NCBI GenBank assembly: GCA_051294375.1
Contig: CM119263.1
Location: forward strand, 14,931,574 to 14,995,573
DNA from: Paraspadella gotoi
Lineage: Eukaryota; Animalia; Chaetognatha
DNA length: 64,000 nucleotides
Reading direction: 5' to 3'
Position numbers and translations under genes: made by a program. Positions 61,101 through 64,000 of this stretch are shown here, one piece after another; positions within the stretch are counted from its first letter, which is position 1, and each line of letters starts with the position of its first letter. Under the pieces are notes generated by a model that saw nothing but the letters and a program-made list of their open reading frames with translations, made no database searches and was not told the DNA's origin.

Positions 61101-64000
61101 AAGAAGGAAAACAATTAAAACTTAGTATTCGAATCTTATCTCAATACATATGATGTACTAATAAAGTAAAGGAAGACACTGAATTAATTATAATAAAAAT
61201 ATCAATGATAGCTATTAAGTTTTAAAAAAGATAGAAGCTATCTTTTAAAAGCATCAAATGTTAAAGTTTTGAGTTAAGAGATAAAATTTCCTTTTGCACT
61301 TCTCTGCTTACACTGAGGTAAAGTAAGTAGTGCAGAATATATTTTTTCAAATGTGGTGCTTATTCACCAGTTACATAAAAAAAAAACTAATTTTTTAAAA
61401 ACTTTCATAGAGCTTTGTGCTGACTTGTTTTTACTAATCTCAGGCCACAAAAAATTAAGGATACGGTCTGTTTTAAAAATATTATTTTTATTGAAAATCA
61501 GTGTGCAACTAGCAATCTTGACAGTTTCCAAAGTAACTTTTTAATAGTCATTTATGGCAGGCCAATACAGAAAAAAATTGAAATAAGTTAGTATATATCA
61601 CGCTCGTGATATCAGGTGTTCAAGTAAATGAATGAAATGTAGAGATGAAGATTTAGAAACTTGTATTTTATATCAAAATGTCCATTAAAAATCCTGTAAA
61701 ATAGGACTAAGCTCTGCACGAACAAAGCACAGAGGTTTTTTTTTTAAATATATTCTTAATACCGGCCAAAGGTAGAATGATTGGCAATGTTGTTAATATT
61801 AAAGTTCAAAAAAATCCTACCATAATATAGAAAATCATCAAGCTCCATCTCACCGAACCTGTGCCATCACCCCATCTATGACCCCGAAACATATATTACG
61901 CATCACACGCATAATGACTTAGCGGGAACATTTAACAACTGCTATCTCTCAGCACCCATCAAGAACCATCAGACCGAATACGATTCCCGAATCTGACTCC
62001 CGGTTTGAAAAAAGCTCTTAGCAATTACCCGATCGTTAGCTCCTCCCTTTTACTTTTACTTAAATCAAGAGAATTATACCAAAATTGGACTATTCACTTC
62101 CCAATATCGATTCATATGCAAAATAACAAATTAAAATACAAAGAAAAATTTTTGTGGACGAGCCCTTCAAGACATCATGGCTATCGGATTCCACTGATTT
62201 GAAGTTTATTTGGCGAAAATCACAACATATGTAAATGGCGTTGACATTGTATATATTAACAAGATTGCATGCAAAAATATATTTCCTGAGCGGACCAGAT
62301 CCATTTGAATGCTGATGTTTCATTTGTCAAAATGATGGTTATTTGTCAAAAAAAAAATGCGAGCCCTTCAGCATGCAAACAGGATCGGGAATTCGAGTGT
62401 TCTTGTACAATCTATTTTTAACCTGGAATTTTTCCCAGGCGCGTTGACATTATTTGGTAGTCAGATTTTAACGAAAATCTCCATTGAAAAAGTCTTCCTC
62501 GATTTCTAAGAACGACGTAGACTCCTATGTAAAAGTCAAGGTCAGGACGGGCGATGCTACTTTTTGTAAGTCATAAAACGAATTAAAGATTGATCAGGAG
62601 TCTCGCAAAATTACGACTCGGAGATTGACAAAAAAAATGACAAAAGACCGACGAAATAACTAGTAAATAATTGCTGCGGCTCCTGAAGCAGCGGACTCAA
62701 ACACACGCACAAAAATCGTATCTTTTGCTGCTTACATCGCTTTTTGTGTCACTTCTATTGTCGTCGCTCTCACCGTCGCAACTGCTTCCTCCATCGATCA
62801 AATTATCGTTGTCGTTTCTGTCAATCCCGATCCTGGGGGAGGCTTAATTCTTTCTCTTTCTGAGTCACCCAGCAAGCCAGAATTTTATTGTTGTAAAAGT
62901 AGCGTCGGGAAAAATGACCCTAATCCCAACCCGAATCCCTAATATCTATCCTCTAAACTAACCTTATCCCTAACCGAAACTCTAAACAATTAATCCATCG
63001 TTCAAATTATCGTTCAAATTATCGTCCAAATTATCGTTCAAATTATCGTCGTCGTATTTGTCCTCCTGAGTCCCTGACTTTGAAAAATCTTTTTAAAAAA
63101 GTGGCCATCCAGCCAGAGAGAGCGAGAGAGATTCGCTGCTCCGTCATACGGCAAGGGGGCATCGATGTTTGAAAAGGCTCAAATTTTGTATACCATTTCA
63201 AAAACTTGTTAACAAGAATCGAAACATGTATGTTTCTTTATAAAATAAAATCGTTGTTGAAATAAAATTTCAAACTTTTTCTAAATATAAAACTCATATT
63301 TATATTTTTAAAAAAGTGAGTCTGATTTACGAGCTTCACTTTGTTTAAGGCCAGGGATCACTCAACCTAAAATTGTAGACATCTTAATTTACTGTATCTT
63401 AATCATTTTCTTACATCTTGTAAGAGGTTTTCTATTTAAAAATAATCGAAAACTTTTAAAAATCTACCCAAAATGTTCATAAAAATTTTAACAAAATTTT
63501 TTTTCGGTAAAACTAGATTTTCAAGAGAAAAATATTTTTTTAACTGTAAGCTAAATTTCTACAACCAAATTTTTAACTTAAAACTGATTCTTTACAGTAA
63601 GCTCAATTTCTACTTCTTATATTTATTCTTCTTTTGGTACAAGTACATACTTGGAGTTGTATCACTAATAAGTCTAAAATAAACTACTCTACACATTTTC
63701 CAGACGGATTTTTATGCTTTTATGAGTTAAAAAACTTAAAAAACTTAAAAAAACTTAAAAAACTTAAAACTTAAAAAAATCAGATTTATTTGAAATTGAC
63801 TTTTTACTTCATGTAAATGTTTATATCATAATATAGTTTCTCTATTTTCAAGGGAATCTCTGAAAAAAAAAATCAAATCTGAATTAAAAAAATTAAAAAC
63901 AGTAAGCCATTTTTTTAAGACTTTGGCGTTAAACAAACTCCATCATCACATACCGTGCTTGTGTATGTTGTGGTGAATCTTGCAAAAGTAATGAGTACAG
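6180..64000 (-). CDS. CNGK: Multi-exon gene (5'-partial) for a four-repeat cyclic-nucleotide-binding-domain channel, CNGK/tetraKCNG-like
   Basis: 22 exons join in frame with GT-AG sites and matching phases. The product has the S6 end, C-linker and CNBD of the first visible repeat, then three complete S1-S6/C-linker/CNBD repeats and a C-terminal tail. This architecture matches sea urchin and fish sperm CNGK; orthology was not tested. Confidence 0.85.
6469..6621 (-). CDS. Putative exon: C-terminal tail
   Basis: cgtcag|A ... AA|gttagt, 153 nt, phases 2 to 2. No motif support. Confidence 0.5.
6727..6970 (+). mobile_element. Solo LTR, family C
   Basis: TG...TA termini, TSD ATAC, homologous to the 59.5-60.2 kb LTRs. 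A-box-like TGGCTCAGAGG. A 3' end fragment also occurs at about 27961-27991. Confidence 0.85.
7315..8430 (+). mobile_element. DINE-1/HINE-like non-autonomous Helentron-associated element, family 1 (at least 15 full or partial copies in the window)
   Basis: 5' hairpin gtcggatctgc-ttatca-gcagattccgac, (GTCC)n tract, tandem core repeats, 3' subTIR gcagatccgac and stem-loop gtttgctcaaac, T-rich flanks. Other copies near 0.3, 2.5-3.66, 11.0, 15.3, 21.1, 22.3, 28.0, 34.4-35.8, 35.9, 39.7, 47.2, 48.0 and 48.7-52.3 kb. Confidence 0.75.
7517..7526. other. Assembly gap
   Basis: Run of N. Confidence 0.99.
8624..8667 (-). ncRNA. Minimal hammerhead, GAAA mutated to AAAA
   Basis: Inverted copy of 8717-8762 with a substitution in the conserved core. 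Confidence 0.7.
8717..8762 (+). ncRNA. Minimal type I hammerhead ribozyme (Penelope-type), intact core
   Basis: acg-CTGATGA-A-GACTC(loop)GAGTC-GAAAC-AT-GTC-cgt, with palindromic ACATGT in stem III. Confidence 0.85.
9049..9413 (-). CDS. Exon: disordered C-terminal tail
   Basis: ctttag|GTA ... AG|gtaacg, GC-rich open frame after a 69-nt intron. Confidence 0.75.
9483..9968 (-). CDS. Exon: CNBD IV
   Basis: atatag|TAC ... ACC|gtaagc, 486 nt. FLPGDYLISRGD..IYVLSGSA. May contain a short in-frame intron. Confidence 0.85.
10155..10187 (-). ncRNA. Minimal hammerhead with collapsed stem II
   Basis: gggCTGATGAAGGTCGAGTCGAAACATGTCcg. Confidence 0.65.
10259..10546 (-). CDS. Exon: C-linker, repeat IV
   Basis: ctatag|GTA ... 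ATG|gtgaga, 288 nt. IMSYVQLW...LNVTLRQEV...KIPAL. Confidence 0.9.
10666..10839 (-). CDS. Exon: pore (GIGFGD) and S6, repeat IV
   Basis: tataag|AAA ... CAG|gtgcca, 174 nt. FMTSLNCIVSVAIGIGFGDVTAHNDME. Confidence 0.92.
11555..12094 (-). CDS. Exon: S2-S5, repeat IV
   Basis: gttaag|GTT. EMVFRLHVGYFD...KRYF...FLLDVISLLP...LAFLW...GW. Donor ATA|gtgagg; an alternative in-phase donor lies at 11597. Confidence 0.9.
12099..12170 (-). mobile_element. Degenerate family A LTR fragment abutting an exon
   Basis: acagtataattgttatgagttagtgacagaagcgttcaatataagcagtccctgagc matches the LTR 3' part. Confidence 0.75.
12811..12851 (-). ncRNA. Degenerate minimal hammerhead
   Basis: gcgCTGAAAAAAGTTCG..CGAACCGAAACATGTCcg; the CUGAUGA box is broken. 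Confidence 0.55.
13673..13820 (-). mobile_element. Family A LTR fragment
   Basis: Direct similarity to the 3' two-thirds of the LTR. Confidence 0.85.
14675..15216 (-). CDS. Exon: CNBD III second half, linker, and S1 of repeat IV
   Basis: ttgaag|GC ... CAG|gtgaac, 542 nt. LRAGTVLG and IFHPSES. Confidence 0.88.
15720..20210. repeat. Cluster of three related repeat copies of about 1.5 kb (two direct, one inverted) with (CT)n and a 21-bp tcattgatgcgatgatag minisatellite; another copy at about 57450-58580
   Basis: 15765-16260 matches 17530-18030 and the reverse complement of 19980-20210. Shares the terminus cttatgcttttaagatt with family 2. Confidence 0.75.
20234..20354 (-). CDS. Exon: CNBD III (VVSSIVILKEGLLKIL...)
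   Basis: tttcag|GTA ... G|gtgacc, 121 nt. Confidence 0.8.
20417..20455 (-). CDS. 39-nt exon: CNBD III start (VLPKGELLFRDHQ)
   Basis: ttaacag|GTG ... CAG|gttttt, followed by a 62-nt intron. Confidence 0.8.
21699..21840 (-). CDS. Exon: C-linker part 2, repeat III
   Basis: tttacag|G ... CAG|gtaacg, 142 nt. ILQKFTEGQLRLLA. Confidence 0.85.
23578..23742 (-). CDS. Exon: C-linker part 1, repeat III
   Basis: tctcag|G ... AG|gtatag, 165 nt. FFRHITAQRAYLKHHGF..EISRV. Confidence 0.85.
23894..25402 (+). mobile_element. Same deleted Tc1 family, with a nested 324-bp-unit insertion
   Basis: TIRs and TA flanks, degraded transposase. Interrupted at about 24352-24900. Confidence 0.85.
25566..25796 (-). CDS. 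Exon: pore helix, filter (TLGLGD) and S6, repeat III (missing from the ORF track)
   Basis: Translates YYVIAVYWASQVVGTLGLGDINSAFTEDLFVNLIGLFVAVFF. Donor AA|gtaatt. The acceptor could be one of two in-phase AGs. Confidence 0.88.
26149..27151 (+). mobile_element. DINE/HINE-like family 1, complete copy
   Basis: Both termini are present, with an internal 21-bp minisatellite (gttgaaagaatgatgcaa-type). Confidence 0.78.
27344..27817 (+). mobile_element. Possible solo or degraded LTR
   Basis: Purine-rich segment with TATAAAAG and AATAAA, ending ...GCTACA. No TSD confirmed. Confidence 0.35.
28425..28674 (-). CDS. Exon: extracellular S5-pore turret, repeat III
   Basis: atgcag|GT ... GG|gtcagt, 250 nt. 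Phases 1 to 2 fit both neighbours. Confidence 0.75.
28798..29388 (+). mobile_element. Tc1-derived MITE, second family (a partial inverted copy lies at about 996-1466)
   Basis: TIR CTATCTAGGAAAAAAGTAT, TA TSD. Retains the transposase C-terminus (LYKSIPDKVRQ..KEGY; LYESMPR..AVIDAEGMHTKY in the 1.1-kb copy). Confidence 0.8.
31247..31350. repeat. Near-perfect palindrome built from the hammerhead-family tail
   Basis: agttagagaaaacaaagtttgtttgtttgataacaacgatttttatta is followed by its reverse complement. Confidence 0.9.
32054..32810 (-). mobile_element. DINE/HINE-like family 1 copy
   Basis: Begins aacaagtttgagcaaacaatgtcggatctgc and has the same core. Confidence 0.75.
33315..33970 (+). mobile_element. 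Complete TRIM, family A (tRNA-containing LTRs, Helenus-like)
   Basis: 234-bp LTRs at 33315-33548 and 33737-33970 (TA...CA), PBS TGGTGAGCCCGAC, PPT GGGAGGGGGGGA, TSD CATC. tRNA-like region at 33348-33420. Confidence 0.92.
34029..34266 (-). CDS. Exon: S4-S5, repeat III
   Basis: atatag|ATT ... CCAG|gtgatg, 238 nt. VRSIRVLRAV (RxxRxxR) and HALGCIW. Confidence 0.88.
34704..35699. repeat. Tandem array of three 324-bp units; dispersed partial-tandem copies at 24352-24901, 38918-39140, 55840-56304 and 59247-59432
   Basis: gaaattggtacaacc recurs at 34707, 35031, 35355 and 35678. Confidence 0.92.
39470..39510 (-). ncRNA. Minimal hammerhead ribozyme, intact core
   Basis: gcgCTGATGA-A-GACTC-gaagca-GAGTC-GAAACATGTC-tgt. 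Confidence 0.82.
39760..40255 (+). mobile_element. Penelope-like element fragment (RT thumb and GIY-YIG endonuclease), degraded
   Basis: LPYHQGITEAL..., LVKPKDKIP...GAIYWAAC...C..AYVGET, then EAIYIKALEPSLNRDG..FDLPPSYD. Contains frameshifts, a stop and an internal deletion. Confidence 0.88.
41761..41805 (+). ncRNA. Minimal hammerhead ribozyme (GUA cleavage triplet)
   Basis: aacgCTGATGA-A-GACT(loop)AGTC-GAAACATGTA, followed by the family tail aaatcgttgttg. Confidence 0.75.
42007..42016. other. Assembly gap
   Basis: Run of N. Confidence 0.99.
42106..42829 (-). CDS. Exon: CNBD II and S1-S3 of repeat III
   Basis: ccccag|T ... GAG|gttaat, 724 nt. Splicing gives GDLFLG-YFIIEKG; WDLLLLFPFE is the S3 motif. 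Confidence 0.92.
43165..43450 (+). repeat. Degenerate CCCTAA-containing tandem repeat (similar tracts at 44520-44645 and 60845-61010)
   Basis: aaccctaaccct interspersed with ctcccgtacatctccgtgcctc units. Confidence 0.75.
43514..44385. mobile_element. DINE/HINE-like family 2 carrying an 18-bp minisatellite AGAAAGGAAAGAAAGAAT
   Basis: Termini aatcttaaaagcataa..atcgtcgcaatcgc and hairpin atcgtcgcaa..ttgcgac. Copies at about 2840-3355, 12376-12740, 13845-14657 (inverted) and 40740-41745. Confidence 0.7.
44741..45640 (-). CDS. Exon: S5 end, long turret, pore (MTEGSD), S6, C-linker and CNBD start, repeat II
   Basis: atacag|A ... GG|gtaatt, 900 nt open frame. KLDCIKGVM...VIDYL...IPHRIR is the C-linker. 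Confidence 0.92.
48098..50573. repeat. Near-perfect tandem duplication of about 1241 bp, including the family D 5' LTR and PBS
   Basis: ORFs 48790 and 50031 are identical and offset by 1241 bp. The junction gaagacaa|ttgcatc lies at about 49338. Confidence 0.9.
50256..51973 (+). mobile_element. Young non-autonomous LTR element, family D (1.7 kb)
   Basis: LTRs 50256-50471 and 51757-51973 (TG...CA; by eye they differ by one T), TSD CTGT, PBS TGGTGAGCCCGAC at 50476, PPT GAGGGGGG, AATAAA in the LTR. No RT or integrase. Confidence 0.93.
50527..51756 (+). pseudogene. Single 410-codon reading frame of family D, interrupted by two in-frame TGA codons
   Basis: ORFs 50527-50820, 50890-51300 and 51319-51756 share one frame. 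Stops are CAG-TGA-CAA and ATA-TGA-GCG. The frame spans PBS to PPT. Confidence 0.75.
52175..52199. other. Assembly gap
   Basis: Run of N. Confidence 0.99.
53187..54166 (-). mobile_element. Internally deleted Tc1 transposon
   Basis: TIR CAGATCTG..AAAAAAAAGTTTAA, TA TSD. Paired-like HTH and a GRPR-like linker (KRPR), then ..DGA.GH.. and WP.N..DCNIIENVW motifs. Confidence 0.92.
54347..55018. mobile_element. MITE with TIR AAGCCCCCTTGC; second copy at about 62671-63160
   Basis: Termini aagcccccttgc and gcaagggggctt, plus a dispersed homologous copy. Confidence 0.7.
55243..55584 (-). CDS. Exon: S2 to start of S5, repeat II
   Basis: catacag|G ... AG|gtaatt, 342 nt. CDGVLWFMTA is an S2 signature. 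Confidence 0.85.
55593..55808 (-). mobile_element. Solo LTR, family A
   Basis: Homologous to the 33315 LTR. TSD ATGG (plus strand) at 55589-55592 and 55809-55812. Confidence 0.9.
57007..57365 (-). CDS. Exon: inter-repeat linker and S1, repeat II
   Basis: ccgatag|ATT ... AG|gttagt, 359 nt, phases 0 to 2. MHQGMKGLKMWTYIMGILAII resembles the HPxS..W S1 start. Confidence 0.8.
58608..58834 (+). mobile_element. Solo LTR, family B (tRNA-containing)
   Basis: TG...CA termini, TSD ACAT. TGGCGCCGGAGG, CTCCCAACCCGAAGG and GGTTCGGGCCC parallel the family A tRNA-like core. Confidence 0.78.
58876..59187 (-). CDS. Exon: CNBD I
   Basis: ttccag|ACA ... AAG|gtaaac, 312 nt. AGDIVINEGE...IIQKG...LGPGDYFGE. Confidence 0.93.
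59486..60224 (-). mobile_element. Complete but old TRIM, family C
   Basis: Diverged LTRs at 59977-60224 and 59486-59743, PBS TGGTGAGCCC (59965-59974, minus), TSD ATTT, internal tandem repeats of about 30 bp. Confidence 0.82.
60306..60593 (-). CDS. Exon: C-linker, repeat I
   Basis: ttttag|GAT ... AAG|gtatgg, 288 nt. LEMVEDY...LPEDYQNDL...IRIFRDLD. Confidence 0.9.
63954..64000 (-). CDS. Exon (partial): end of S6, repeat I (VLITFARFTTTYTST)
   Basis: Donor ACG|gtatgt, phase 0. Joins to give TTTYTST-DSSTVERSHQLEMVEDY, a typical S6/C-linker junction. Confidence 0.75.

Noticed and set aside
62090-62323. ORF as the repeat I pore exon
   Set aside because: It has no filter motif and its donor phase does not fit. 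The exon at 63954-64000 joins 60593 in phase with a proper S6/C-linker sequence.

Overview
AT-rich, repeat-dense eukaryotic (probably invertebrate animal) genomic DNA. Almost the whole window lies within one minus-strand gene. I could splice it by hand into 22 phase-consistent GT-AG exons (about 6.87 kb coding, about 2,290 codons; the 5' end lies beyond position 64000). It encodes a four-repeat [6TM-pore-C-linker-CNBD] channel of the CNGK/tetraKCNG type. The protein is very divergent: the pore motifs are TEGSD, TLGLGD and GIGFGD, no CNBD keeps the phosphate-binding Arg, and the repeat II voltage sensor is shortened. The introns hold many mobile elements. There are three families of miniature LTR elements with tRNA-Gly(CCC)-like sequence in the LTR (Helenus-like, 4-bp TSDs), mostly sitting next to exons. 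A very young 1.7-kb non-autonomous LTR element carries a single non-Gag reading frame with six 12-aa-periodic LC8-type motifs. Also present are minimal Penelope-type hammerhead ribozymes, a Penelope GIY-YIG fragment, deleted Tc1 elements, DINE/HINE-like elements, MITEs, and a dispersed tandem 324-bp unit. All calls are from manual reading; no searches were run.
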